Part shown: positions 9,644 to 17,588 of the stretch, in pieces | Layout of the letters: every line of letters begins with the position of its first letter | How positions within the stretch are numbered: the stretch's first letter is position 1 | IMG/VR virus record: IMGVR_UViG_2541047681_000006 | Strand: one strand, 5' to 3' | DNA: 46,617 bases | Source of the DNA: a virus | Taxonomy: Duplodnaviria; Heunggongvirae; Uroviricota; Caudoviricetes | Notes under the pieces: generated by a model | What the model was told of the DNA's origin: nothing | Seen by the model: the letters and a program-made list of their open reading frames with translations, nothing else | Database searches by the model: none | Made by a program: the position numbers and the translations under genes

Positions 9644-9689
9644 CTGGCTTTTCAGCCACGTAGTCGAGAGTCGACGTTGTTTAAAGAGC
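9644..9689 (-). promoter_or_regulatory. nutL (boxA + boxB)
   Basis: Minus strand reads GCTCTTTAAACAA (boxA-like, 9677-9689) followed by hairpin TGGCT-GAAA-AGCCA (9644-9657), about 100 nt upstream of the N-like gene. Confidence 0.55.
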
Positions 9690-9739
9690 CTGCCAGTCTG
9701 TTCCATTTGGCTTCCAGCGTCCTGCTGACGGTTAAATAG

Positions 9740-9790
9740 TACGATATGTACTTTACAAGATCAATACAATTTGTTGTAAGTTGGCGTGGT
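9740..9790 (-). promoter_or_regulatory. putative oL/pL operator-promoter region
   Basis: Contains ATATGTACTTTACAAG and AATACAAT elements that recur, inverted, in the cI-cro intergenic region. Confidence 0.35.
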
Positions 9791-9949
9791 TTTTTATAAC
9801 GCTTTGTATTTAATAGTGTTGTTTTTTAGCGTGGATGTATTGCCTCGGCGATGTAAGGAGAGATCAGAATTGCGTGGTTTAGTGGGTTGCATCTATTTAT
9901 TTTTCAATAAATATAATTGGTTATGTGTTTTTAGGTGGGCAAACGTGAG

Positions 9950-9980
9950 GCAAAGAAAACCCGGCGCTGAGGCCGGGTTG
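9950..9980 (-). terminator. intrinsic terminator downstream of the cI-moron operon
   Basis: Minus strand: CCCGGC-CTCAGC-GCCGGG stem-loop followed by TTTTCTTTG, directly after the stop at 9983. Confidence 0.55.
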
Positions 9981-9982
9981 TA

Positions 9983-10735
9983 TTATGCTGCAAGTCTCTT
10001 AACCCAAGTCTCTCTTTTGGAGAATGGTAGAACTTGGCTTGATTCATGGAAGAGTAAGGAGAGTTGTTGCATTTGATCACCAATTGCTTCGCTGTCTATA
10101 ACAACAAATCTGTTGTTATACTCCTCACTTGAAGCTTTAAGATCAATTAGTTTCCCAAGCAATGAGTAAGCACTATTCCAGCTTCCTCCGTGTTTCACGC
10201 TTGATGTAAAAACGTATTTAGGTATGTCGGTTTTTATTGTTACAGGGACGGTAATTTGATGTCCACTCAAGCCATATACGTTTTCACGAAGAGAAAGTGC
10301 GTCTCTAAGCTCTGTGTGATATAGATAATCAATAACCATACTTTCAAACTTTTCAGCTTGAACTGGCTGATACCAGTCTAACGACAAAGTTGATGCGAGT
10401 ATACCAGCTCTAATTATGTTCGATGTAATCGCACCGACATCCTTTTCTGTTGCCCAAGCAATGATTTCTCCTCGAGCATTGAGTTCTGCGCCTTCTTTAA
10501 GCAGTAATTGTCGTATCTCATCAAGTCGTTTTTTGGTAAGCGAGATCCCTCTTGCCTCCATATTCATTAAGGCATCGCATCTGTCACTAACTAAATACCT
10601 ACCATTGACTTCACGGATAAAGGCACCGACATGCTCTCCATCATCACAGTAAGTGAATGGACTGATAATTCTCAAGGTCTTGCCTATTGGATGGCATTCG
10701 AAACCTAGTTGTGAGATCACTGTTGAGCACATCAT
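9983..10735 (-). CDS. hypothetical protein (distal gene of the rex-position operon)
   Basis: 250-aa ORF; start ATG overlaps the upstream stop (ATGA at 10732-10735); AT-rich; no family recognised. Confidence 0.6.
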   Translation of the reverse strand: MMCSTVISQLGFECHPIGKTLRIISPFTYCDDGEHVGAFIREVNGRYLVSDRCDALMNMEARGISLTKKRLDEIRQLLLKEGAELNARGEIIAWATEKDVGAITSNIIRAGILASTLSLDWYQPVQAEKFESMVIDYLYHTELRDALSLRENVYGLSGHQITVPVTIKTDIPKYVFTSSVKHGGSWNSAYSLLGKLIDLKASSEEYNNRFVVIDSEAIGDQMQQLSLLFHESSQVLPFSKRETWVKRLAA

Positions 10736-11289
10736 ATTCCAAACCCCATTTGCCCCGACTCATCTTCAAGCGGTAAAGGTATTCTCCCAGAGTAAGTTAT
10801 GTTCAGATGTTTACAGAAGTAATTCCAATACCCTACCAGGTCATCTGGGTTTATGTCATCTTCGATTGGAAACGCTATTCTATCACTATAGTATCCAGCT
10901 TCTTCATAGTATACATGGTAGTGAGCACCGTAAATGATATCTTGGTACTTCGGATGATCGACCTTGTAACTATTCGTGTGTTTGTCAAAGTGATAGGTAT
11001 CTACCGCGAAAACCCTCTTGTTATGATAGAAAGCAATAATATTTATTTTAGGGTAAGAAATCGGGTCATCAGGTTCTGAATCCTGATCTGGTTTCCATTT
11101 CAGTTCAAACTTTAGCCCTTGTATAGGTATACAATCCTCATCCAAGGGGATGATATGGGCTTGTAGCCACATATCAGAGCGACTTGGTTTCTGTTTCCAT
11201 TTAACGCCAGAAAAGTTAACTATTTTTTTACAATAAAGTATTGTATCAACTTCTACTTGGCTTGGCTGATAATCATCTATTTTTGCCAA
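10732..11289 (-). CDS. hypothetical protein (proximal gene of the rex-position operon)
   Basis: 185-aa ORF 40 nt downstream of cI on the same strand; acidic, Tyr/His-rich (YHVYYEEAGYY); AT-rich; no family recognised. Confidence 0.6.
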   Translation of the reverse strand: MAKIDDYQPSQVEVDTILYCKKIVNFSGVKWKQKPSRSDMWLQAHIIPLDEDCIPIQGLKFELKWKPDQDSEPDDPISYPKINIIAFYHNKRVFAVDTYHFDKHTNSYKVDHPKYQDIIYGAHYHVYYEEAGYYSDRIAFPIEDDINPDDLVGYWNYFCKHLNITYSGRIPLPLEDESGQMGFGI

Positions 11290-11328
11290 TGTTTACCGCC
11301 CTGTAAATTGTAGATAAAAGTGGTTTCA

Positions 11329-11988
11329 TCACCCAAACGTCTCTTCAGGCCATTGGCTGGCGATAACTTTCCCCACAACGGAACAACTCTCATTGCATGG
11401 GATCATTGGGTATTGTGGGTTTAGTGGCTGTAGAAACACCTGACCGCTATCCCTGATCAGTTTCTTGAAGGTAAATTCATCACCACCAAGTCTGGCTATG
11501 CAGAAATCGCCGGGCTCAACAGCTTGCTCAGGGTCAACCAGAATTAACATCCCGTCAGGAAAGCTGGGTTTGGAACCTGTTGGTGCGGTCATTGAGTTAC
11601 CTTCAACCTCAAGCCAGAATGCAGAGTCACTGGCTTTTTTGGTTGTGCTTACCAATCTCTCCGCATCGCCTTTGGTAAAGGTTCTGAGTTCTGGAGAGAA
11701 CATCCCAGCCTGAACATGAGAAAAAACAGGGTACTCATATTGTTTTTTAACTGGGGCCGATGAGTATTCGCCAACAGGTGAAAATGTCCCGTCGTGGTTG
11801 AATGATATGTTATCAATACCAAGGTATTTAAACACCACACCAATATCACTAAGAGATGGATGACGAGATCCGCGCAACCAGTGTCCAATCCCACCCTGCG
11901 TCATACCTAGCTCTTCGGCTAACTTCTCTTGAGTTATGCCGAGCTCTTTCATTCTGGATCTAGCCAGTTCATACCATTTCATTTTCAT
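11329..11988 (-). CDS. cI: CI-type prophage repressor (hybrid: novel N-terminal HTH, lambda-type S24 C-terminal domain)
   Basis: C-terminal ~140 aa match lambda CI ([21 protein letters not shown]...[14 protein letters not shown]) including the Ser/Lys autocleavage domain; N-terminal HTH domain is different; start set at ATG 11988 (MKMKWY), preceded by AAGGA. Confidence 0.85.
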   Translation of the reverse strand: MKMKWYELARSRMKELGITQEKLAEELGMTQGGIGHWLRGSRHPSLSDIGVVFKYLGIDNISFNHDGTFSPVGEYSSAPVKKQYEYPVFSHVQAGMFSPELRTFTKGDAERLVSTTKKASDSAFWLEVEGNSMTAPTGSKPSFPDGMLILVDPEQAVEPGDFCIARLGGDEFTFKKLIRDSGQVFLQPLNPQYPMIPCNESCSVVGKVIASQWPEETFG

Positions 11989-12030
11989 GTCCTTATTATT
12001 ACGCTCTGTACTGGAACCATCCATGCACAA

Positions 12031-12099
12031 TGTGTATTTTTACTTGTATTCGCAAAGTACATATTGTATTTTTTTATTCGTGTTTACTATGGAGGGCAT
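12031..12099. promoter_or_regulatory. oR / pR / pRM divergent control region
   Basis: About 110-bp gap between divergent cI and cro starts; AAAGTACATAT and TTGTATT elements shared with the putative oL region. Confidence 0.4.
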
Positions 12100-12315
12100 A
12101 TGAGCAACCTACGAAAATATCGAGAGTCACTGAATATCTCTCAAACAACACTTGCTAAGGCAGTTGGATGCACACAGGGAGCTATCGGACATTGGGAATC
12201 TGGTCGTCGCTTCCCAGACCTTAAAACATGCCGTGCTCTTGTTGCGTGCCTAAACAAGTTAGGCGCAAAAGTCAGTCTTGATGACGTGTTCCCGCCGGAA
12301 CACAAAGCCGCTTAA
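12100..12315 (+). CDS. cro: Cro-like HTH repressor
   Basis: 71-aa product from ATG 12100 (MSNLRKYRESLNISQTTLAKAVGCTQGAIGHWESGRR...) with GGAGGG RBS; HTH motif; divergent from cI; not lambda Cro. Confidence 0.8.
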   Translation: MSNLRKYRESLNISQTTLAKAVGCTQGAIGHWESGRRFPDLKTCRALVACLNKLGAKVSLDDVFPPEHKAA

Positions 12316-12325
12316 TAAGCGGATC

Positions 12326-12371
12326 CGCTCTTTGTAACAACGGACATTCGTCCTACGTCGCTGAAAAGCGA
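12326..12371 (+). promoter_or_regulatory. nutR (boxA + boxB)
   Basis: CGCTCTTTGTAACAA (boxA-like, 12326-12340) followed by hairpin TCGCT-GAAA-AGCGA (12358-12371), just downstream of cro. Confidence 0.55.
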
Positions 12372-12456
12372 GTTCCAAGATATCTGACCAACTAAGGCCA
12401 TATGCGTTTCCACGCATACCTTTCAACTAACTATTCACTATTGGAAATCTTAAGAA

Positions 12457-12753
12457 ATGGAAAGAACAAGTTACAGCAAACTATCACAGCGTGACGTTGA
12501 TCGCGCAGAAACAGATTTACTTATCAATCTGTCAGCTATTACCCAGCGCGGTCTGGCAAAGATGATTGGCTGTCATGAATCGAAGATAAGCAGAACGGAC
12601 TGGAGATTTATTGCTTCGGTCTTGTGTGCTTTCGGAATGGCATCAGACATCAGTCCGATTAGCAGGGCTTTTAAGTATGCGCTTGATGGACTCACCAATA
12701 AAAAACGCCCGGCGGCAACCGAGCGTTCTGAACAAATCCAGATGGAATTCTGA
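12457..12753 (+). CDS. cII: CII-type transcriptional activator
   Basis: 98-aa ORF; C-terminus identical to lambda CII (LTNKKRPAATERSEQIQMEF); N-terminal part divergent. Confidence 0.85.
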   Translation: MERTSYSKLSQRDVDRAETDLLINLSAITQRGLAKMIGCHESKISRTDWRFIASVLCAFGMASDISPISRAFKYALDGLTNKKRPAATERSEQIQMEF

Positions 12754-12785
12754 GGTCATTACTGGATCAATCCACAGGAGTCATT

Positions 12786-13685
12786 ATGACAAATACAGCA
12801 AAAATACTCAACTTCTGCAGAGGTAACTTTGCCAAACAGGAGCGTAATGTGGCAGATCTCGATGATGGTTACGCCAGACTATCAAATATGCTGCTTGAGG
12901 CTTATTCAGGCGCAGATCTGACCAAGCGACAGTTTAAAGTGCTGCTTGCCATTCTGCGTAAAACCTATGGATGGAATAAACCAATGGACAGAATCACCGA
13001 TTCTCAACTTAGCGAGATTACAAAGTTACCCGTCAAACGGTGCAATGAAGCCAAGTTAGAACTCGTCAGAATGAATATTATCAAGCAGCAAGGCGGCATG
13101 TTTGGACCAAATAAAAACATCTCAGAATGGTGTATCCCTCAAAACGAGGGAAAATCCCCTAAAACGAGGGATAAAACATCCCTCAAATTGGGGGATTGCT
13201 ATCCCTCAAAACAGGGGGACACAAAAGACACTATTACAAAAGAAAAAAGAAAAGATTATTCGTCAGAGAATTCTGGCGAATCCTCTGACCAGCCAGAAAA
13301 CGACCTTTCTGTGGTGAAACCGGATGCTGCAATTCAGAGCGGCAGCAAGTGGGGGACAGCAGAAGACCTGACCGCCGCAGAATGGATGTTTGACATGGTG
13401 AAGACCATCGCGCCATCAGCCAGAAAACCGAATTTTGCAGGGTGGGCTAACGATATCCGCCTGATGCGTGAACGTGACGGACGTAACCATCGCGACATGT
13501 GTGTACTGTTCCGCTGGGCATGCCAGGACAACTTCTGGTCCGGTAACGTGCTGAGCCCGGCCAAACTCCGCGACAAGTGGACCCAGCTCGAAATCAACCG
13601 TAACAAGCAACAGGCAGGTGTGACAGCCTGCAAACCAAAACTCGACCTGACAAACACTGACTGGATTTACGGGGTGGATTTATGA
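12786..13685 (+). CDS. O: replication initiator O
   Basis: 299-aa ORF matching lambda O (MTNTAKILNF...); contains the ori iterons internally. Confidence 0.95.
   Translation: MTNTAKILNFCRGNFAKQERNVADLDDGYARLSNMLLEAYSGADLTKRQFKVLLAILRKTYGWNKPMDRITDSQLSEITKLPVKRCNEAKLELVRMNIIKQQGGMFGPNKNISEWCIPQNEGKSPKTRDKTSLKLGDCYPSKQGDTKDTITKEKRKDYSSENSGESSDQPENDLSVVKPDAAIQSGSKWGTAEDLTAAEWMFDMVKTIAPSARKPNFAGWANDIRLMRERDGRNHRDMCVLFRWACQDNFWSGNVLSPAKLRDKWTQLEINRNKQQAGVTACKPKLDLTNTDWIYGVDL
13133..13260 (+). repeat. ori-lambda iterons plus AT-rich region
   Basis: Four about 18-bp direct repeats of the form ATCCCTCAAAACGAGGGA between 13134 and 13219, followed by an A-rich stretch, inside the O gene. Confidence 0.8.
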
Positions 13686-14383
13686 AAAACATCGCCGCAC
13701 AGATGGTTAATTTTGACCGTGAGCAGATGCGTCGGATCGCCAACAACATGCCGGAACAGTACGACGAAAAGCCGCAGGTACAGCAGGTAGCGCAGATAAT
13801 CAACGGTGTATTCAGCCAGTTACTGGCAACTTTCCCGGCGAGCCTGGCTAATCGTGACCAGAACGAACTGAACGAAATCCGCCGCCAGTGGGTTCTGGCT
13901 TTCCGGGAAAACGGGATCACCACGATGGAACAGGTGAGCGCCGGAATGCGTGTTGCCCGTCGGCAGAATAGACCATTTCTGCCATCACCCGGGCAGTTTG
14001 TTGCATGGTGCCGGGAAGAAGCATCCGTTACCGCCGGGCTGCCAAACGTCAGCGAGCTGGTTGATATGGTTTACGAGTATTGCCGGAAGCGTGGTCTGTA
14101 TCCGGATGCAGAGTCTTATCCGTGGAAATCAAACGCGCACTACTGGCTGGTTACCAACCTGTATCAGAACATGCGGGCCAATGCGTTGACTGACGCGGAA
14201 TTACGGCGCAAGGCTGCCGATGAACTGTCCTGTATGACCGCGCGAATTAACCGTGGTGAGGCGATACCTGAACCAGTAAAACAACTTCCTGTCATGGGCG
14301 GTAGACCTCTAAATCGTGCACAGGCTCTGGCGAAGATCGCAGAAATCAAAGCTAAGTTTGGGCTGAAAGGAGCAATTGTATGA
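13682..14383 (+). CDS. P: replication protein P (DnaB helicase loader)
   Basis: 233-aa ORF matching lambda P; 4-nt overlap with O. Confidence 0.95.
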   Translation: MKNIAAQMVNFDREQMRRIANNMPEQYDEKPQVQQVAQIINGVFSQLLATFPASLANRDQNELNEIRRQWVLAFRENGITTMEQVSAGMRVARRQNRPFLPSPGQFVAWCREEASVTAGLPNVSELVDMVYEYCRKRGLYPDAESYPWKSNAHYWLVTNLYQNMRANALTDAELRRKAADELSCMTARINRGEAIPEPVKQLPVMGGRPLNRAQALAKIAEIKAKFGLKGAIV

Positions 14384-14670
14384 CGGGCAAAGAGGCAATT
14401 ATTCATTACTTGGGGACTCATAAGAACTTCTGTGCGCAGGACGTTGCCGCGGTAACAGGTGCAACCGTAACCAGCATAAATCAGGCTGCGGCTAAAATGC
14501 CGCGGGCAGGAATCCTGGTCGTTGATGGTAAGGTCTGGCGAACGGTGTATTATCGGTTCGCTACCAGAGAAGAATGGGAAGGAAAGGTGAGCACGAATTT
14601 GATTTTTAAGGAGTGTCGCCAGAGTGCCACGATGAAACGGATATTGGCGGTATATGGAGTTAAAAGATGA
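14380..14670 (+). CDS. ren: Ren
   Basis: 96-aa ORF matching lambda Ren; overlaps the P stop. Confidence 0.85.
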   Translation: MTGKEAIIHYLGTHKNFCAQDVAAVTGATVTSINQAAAKMPRAGILVVDGKVWRTVYYRFATREEWEGKVSTNLIFKECRQSATMKRILAVYGVKR

Positions 14671-14694
14671 CCATCTACATCACTGAGCTAATAA

Positions 14695-14727
14695 CAGGCC
14701 TGCAGGTAATCGCAGGCCTTTTTATTT
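14695..14727 (+). terminator. intrinsic terminator (tR2-like) between ren and ninB
   Basis: AGGCCTGC...GCAGGCCT stem-loop followed by TTTTTATTT. Confidence 0.5.
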
Positions 14728-14743
14728 GGGGGAGAGGGAAGTC

Positions 14744-15184
14744 ATGAAAAAACTAACCTTTGAAATTCGATCTCCGGCACATCAGCAAAACGCTATTCAC
14801 GCAGTACAGCAAATCCTTCCAGACCCAACCAAACCAATCGTAGTAACCATTCAGGAACGCAACCGCAGCTTAGACCAAAACAGGAAGCTATGGGCCTGCT
14901 TAGGTGACGTCTCTCGTCAGGTTGAATGGCATGGTCGCTGGCTGGATGCAGAAAGCTGGAAGTGTGTGTTTACCGCAGCATTAAAGCAGCAGGATGTTGT
15001 TCCTAACCTTGCCGGGAATGGCTTTGTGGTAATAGGCCAGTCAACCAGCAGGATGCGTGTAAGCGAATTTGCGGAGCTATTAGAGCTTATACAGGCATTC
15101 GGTACAGAGCGTGGCGTTAAGTGGTCAGACGAAGCGCGACTGGCTCTCGAATGGAAAGCGCGATGGGGAGATCGGGCTGCATGA
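14744..15184 (+). CDS. ninB: NinB recombination protein
   Basis: 146-aa product from ATG 14744 (MKKLTFEIRSPAHQQNAIHAV...) matching lambda NinB. Confidence 0.85.
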   Translation: MKKLTFEIRSPAHQQNAIHAVQQILPDPTKPIVVTIQERNRSLDQNRKLWACLGDVSRQVEWHGRWLDAESWKCVFTAALKQQDVVPNLAGNGFVVIGQSTSRMRVSEFAELLELIQAFGTERGVKWSDEARLALEWKARWGDRAA

Positions 15185-15708
15185 CTATCAAATCAAATAC
15201 GCCAGCACACGACAAGGACTGCTGGCAAACGCCGCTTTGGCTTTTTGATGCACTGGATATTGAGTTTGGATTCTGGCTGGATTCGGCAGCGAGCGACAAA
15301 AATGCTCTGTGCGCTCACTGGCTAACTGAGGACGACGACGCGCTCAATTCTGAGTGGGTAAGCCACGGTGCAATCTGGAATAACCCACCGTACAGCAATA
15401 TCAGGCCGTGGGTGGAAAAAGCCGCTGAGCAGTGTATACAACAGCGACAGACGGTAGTGATGCTTGTGCCAGAGGATATGTCTGTCGGATGGTTCAGCAA
15501 GGCTCTGGAGAGTGTTGACGAAGTTCGTATTATCACTGATGGACGGATTAATTTTATCGAACCATCGACAGGGCTGGAGAAGAAGGGAAACAGCAAAGGC
15601 TCCATGCTGCTGATTTGGCGACCGTTCATCAGTCCTCGACGGATGTTTACTACCGTATCCAAAGCGGCATTGATGGCGATCGGGCAGGGCGTCAGGAGGG
15701 CTGCATGA
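15181..15708 (+). CDS. phage DNA N6-adenine methyltransferase
   Basis: 175-aa product from ATG 15181 overlapping the ninB stop; NPPY catalytic motif ([10 protein letters not shown]). Confidence 0.8.
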   Translation: MTIKSNTPAHDKDCWQTPLWLFDALDIEFGFWLDSAASDKNALCAHWLTEDDDALNSEWVSHGAIWNNPPYSNIRPWVEKAAEQCIQQRQTVVMLVPEDMSVGWFSKALESVDEVRIITDGRINFIEPSTGLEKKGNSKGSMLLIWRPFISPRRMFTTVSKAALMAIGQGVRRAA

Positions 15709-15881
15709 GACGACAGCGACGAAGCATCACCGACATAATCTGCGAAAACTGCAAATACCTTCCAACGAAACGCTCCAGAAATAAACGCAAGCTAATCCCA
15801 AAAGAATCTGACGTAAAAACCTTCAATTACACAGCCCACCTGTGGGATATCCGGTGGCTAAGATATCGTGCGAGGAAATGA
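15705..15881 (+). CDS. ninE: NinE
   Basis: 58-aa product ([29 protein letters not shown]...) consistent with NinE; ATG overlaps the methyltransferase stop. Confidence 0.65.
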   Translation: MRRQRRSITDIICENCKYLPTKRSRNKRKLIPKESDVKTFNYTAHLWDIRWLRYRARK

Positions 15882-16225
15882 CAATGGATTATTCACAGTT
15901 AAGTGATTTTGAAATTAACAGAATGGTAGGAGACATAATTTTTAAAGGCCTTTGGGCAAGTAAACCGGAAACATCAGGGAATAACACCAACAAATGGTAT
16001 TACGGAAATGCTGATACAACTTTTGAGCCATTAAATCATTTGCCTGACTACTGCAATGATCCGAGCGCTTCATGGCCGATTATTGAGAAATACAGGATTT
16101 CTATCTTAGACCAGTTAACTGAATGGTGTGTGGATGCAAAAGGCGTAAGCCCAATATTTGATACCAGACCTCTCCGCGCCGCCATGATTGTCTTTCTCCT
16201 GATGCAGGAGGCCAATAATGCTTAG
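15878..16225 (+). CDS. hypothetical nin-region protein
   Basis: ATGA-coupled to the ninE stop; product [15 protein letters not shown]...; family not verified. Confidence 0.5.
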   Translation: MTMDYSQLSDFEINRMVGDIIFKGLWASKPETSGNNTNKWYYGNADTTFEPLNHLPDYCNDPSASWPIIEKYRISILDQLTEWCVDAKGVSPIFDTRPLRAAMIVFLLMQEANNA

Positions 16226-16412
16226 CCCATCTCAATCCCTTCAATACCTGAAAGAAAGCATAGAGCGGGCTTCAATGTGCACAGAGTGGATTCTATCTAG
16301 GTTTAGCGCATACAGAAGATTGCCGGTAAAGGGCATGCCAAGCAAGTCGATGCTGCATATGCAAAAGAATGCGCGCTGGAAGGTATGGCGAGAACACAGG
16401 TTATGTGGCTGA
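16218..16412 (+). CDS. NinF-like N-terminus with divergent C-terminus
   Basis: 64-aa ORF starting [10 protein letters not shown] as remembered for NinF, then unrelated and lacking the Cys cluster. Confidence 0.45.
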   Translation: MLSPSQSLQYLKESIERASMCTEWILSRFSAYRRLPVKGMPSKSMLHMQKNARWKVWREHRLCG

Positions 16413-16431
16413 AAGAGGGGGTTATTAAGGC

Positions 16432-16794
16432 GTGAATACCTACAGCATCACATTACCCTGGCCTCCGAGCAATAATCGCTATTACCGCCATAATCGCGGG
16501 CGCACGCACGTCAGCGCAGAGGGGCAGGCATACCGCGATAACGTCGCCCGAATCATTAAAAACGCAATGCTGGATATCGGCCTGGCTATGCCTGTGAAAA
16601 TCCGCATTGAGTGCCACATGCCGGATCGCCGTCGCCGTGACCTGGATAATCTGCAAAAAGCCGCTTTTGACGCACTCACTAAAGCAGGTTTCTGGCTGGA
16701 TGATGCTCAGGTCGTTGATTACCGCGTTGTGAAGATGCCTGTTACCAAAGGTGGGAGGCTGGAACTGACCATCACCGAAATGGGGAATGAATGA
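16432..16794 (+). CDS. rusA: RusA Holliday-junction resolvase
   Basis: 120-aa ORF matching E. coli DLP12 RusA ([18 protein letters not shown]...). Confidence 0.9.
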   Translation: MNTYSITLPWPPSNNRYYRHNRGRTHVSAEGQAYRDNVARIIKNAMLDIGLAMPVKIRIECHMPDRRRRDLDNLQKAAFDALTKAGFWLDDAQVVDYRVVKMPVTKGGRLELTITEMGNE

Positions 16795-16931
16795 TGTTTG
16801 AGTTTAATATGGCAGAACTTCTTCGCCACCGCTGGGGGCGTCTGCGCTTATATCGTTTCCTCGGTTCTGTTTTGACCGATTACCGAATACTGAAGAATTA
16901 CGCCAAAACCCTGACAGGAACAGGAGTATGA
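16791..16931 (+). CDS. ylcG: YlcG-like small protein
   Basis: 46-aa ORF translated by hand ([23 protein letters not shown]...), ATGA-coupled to rusA as in DLP12. Confidence 0.55.
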   Translation: MMFEFNMAELLRHRWGRLRLYRFLGSVLTDYRILKNYAKTLTGTGV

Positions 16932-17016
16932 AGTCAGAGATAACAATCAACTAATACTGTTTTGTTGATTTTTGCTTGTAATTGGCGTTCTGGTCTGATT
17001 TTTGTGGAGTAAGTTG

Positions 17017-17400
17017 ATGCGTGATATTCAGATGGTTCTTGAGCGTTGGGGGGCGTGGGCGGCTAATAATCATGAAGATGTGACCTGGTCGTCCATTGCC
17101 GCCGGTTTTAAGGGATTAATTCCTTCAAAAGTAAAATCTCGCCCGCAATGTTGTGACGATGACGCGATGATCATTTGCGGGTGCATGGCCCGTCTGAAAA
17201 AGAACAACAGCGATTTACACGATTTATTAGTAGATTATTATGTATGTGGTATGACATTCATGTCACTGGCAAGTAAGCATTGCTGCTCGGATGGTTATAT
17301 CGGGAAAAGGTTACAGAAGGCTGAGGGCATAATTGAAGGGATGTTAATGGCATTAGATATCCGGTTAGATATGGATATCGTTGCTAATAATTCTAATTGA
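17017..17400 (+). CDS. Q: late-gene antiterminator Q (QuuD / phage-82 type)
   Basis: 127-aa product from ATG 17017 ([24 protein letters not shown]...) matching DLP12 QuuD; Cys-rich zinc-binding region. Confidence 0.8.
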   Translation: MRDIQMVLERWGAWAANNHEDVTWSSIAAGFKGLIPSKVKSRPQCCDDDAMIICGCMARLKKNNSDLHDLLVDYYVCGMTFMSLASKHCCSDGYIGKRLQKAEGIIEGMLMALDIRLDMDIVANNSN

Positions 17401-17540
17401 TATGCAATTGTTTACTAAAAGTTATTAAAAATGGGGCGTGGAAACGCCCCCAAAATAAAGGGTAATATATAACAGAAGGTTTATATAGTAAGAAGCAAGG
17501 TAGTGCTTCTAAAGGAAGTGGCTTGAGGGCTCCACTTATA

Positions 17541-17578
17541 TGTTGCGGAGGCAAAGCCTCCCGCAACATATCTTTTTC
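17541..17578 (+). terminator. intrinsic terminator downstream of Q (tR'-like)
   Basis: GTTGCGGAGGC-AAA-GCCTCCCGCAAC stem-loop followed by ATATCTTTTTCG; lies in the convergent gap between Q and the porin gene. Confidence 0.5.
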
Positions 17579-17588
17579 GTAAGTCAGA

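Noticed and set aside
9393-9739. Overlapping 60-76-aa ORFs on both strands around the N start and nutL
   Set aside because: They overlap the N-like gene and nut site, lack start context, and are explained by the regulatory leader.
13133-13260. Short direct repeats that could be mistaken for a CRISPR-like array
   Set aside because: Only four about 18-bp iterons with no regular spacers, located inside the O gene with a flanking AT-rich stretch: the classic ori-lambda arrangement.
16218-16412. Frameshifted ninF pseudogene
   Set aside because: No alternative frame restores a NinF-like Cys-rich C-terminus; treated as a divergent or mosaic ORF instead.
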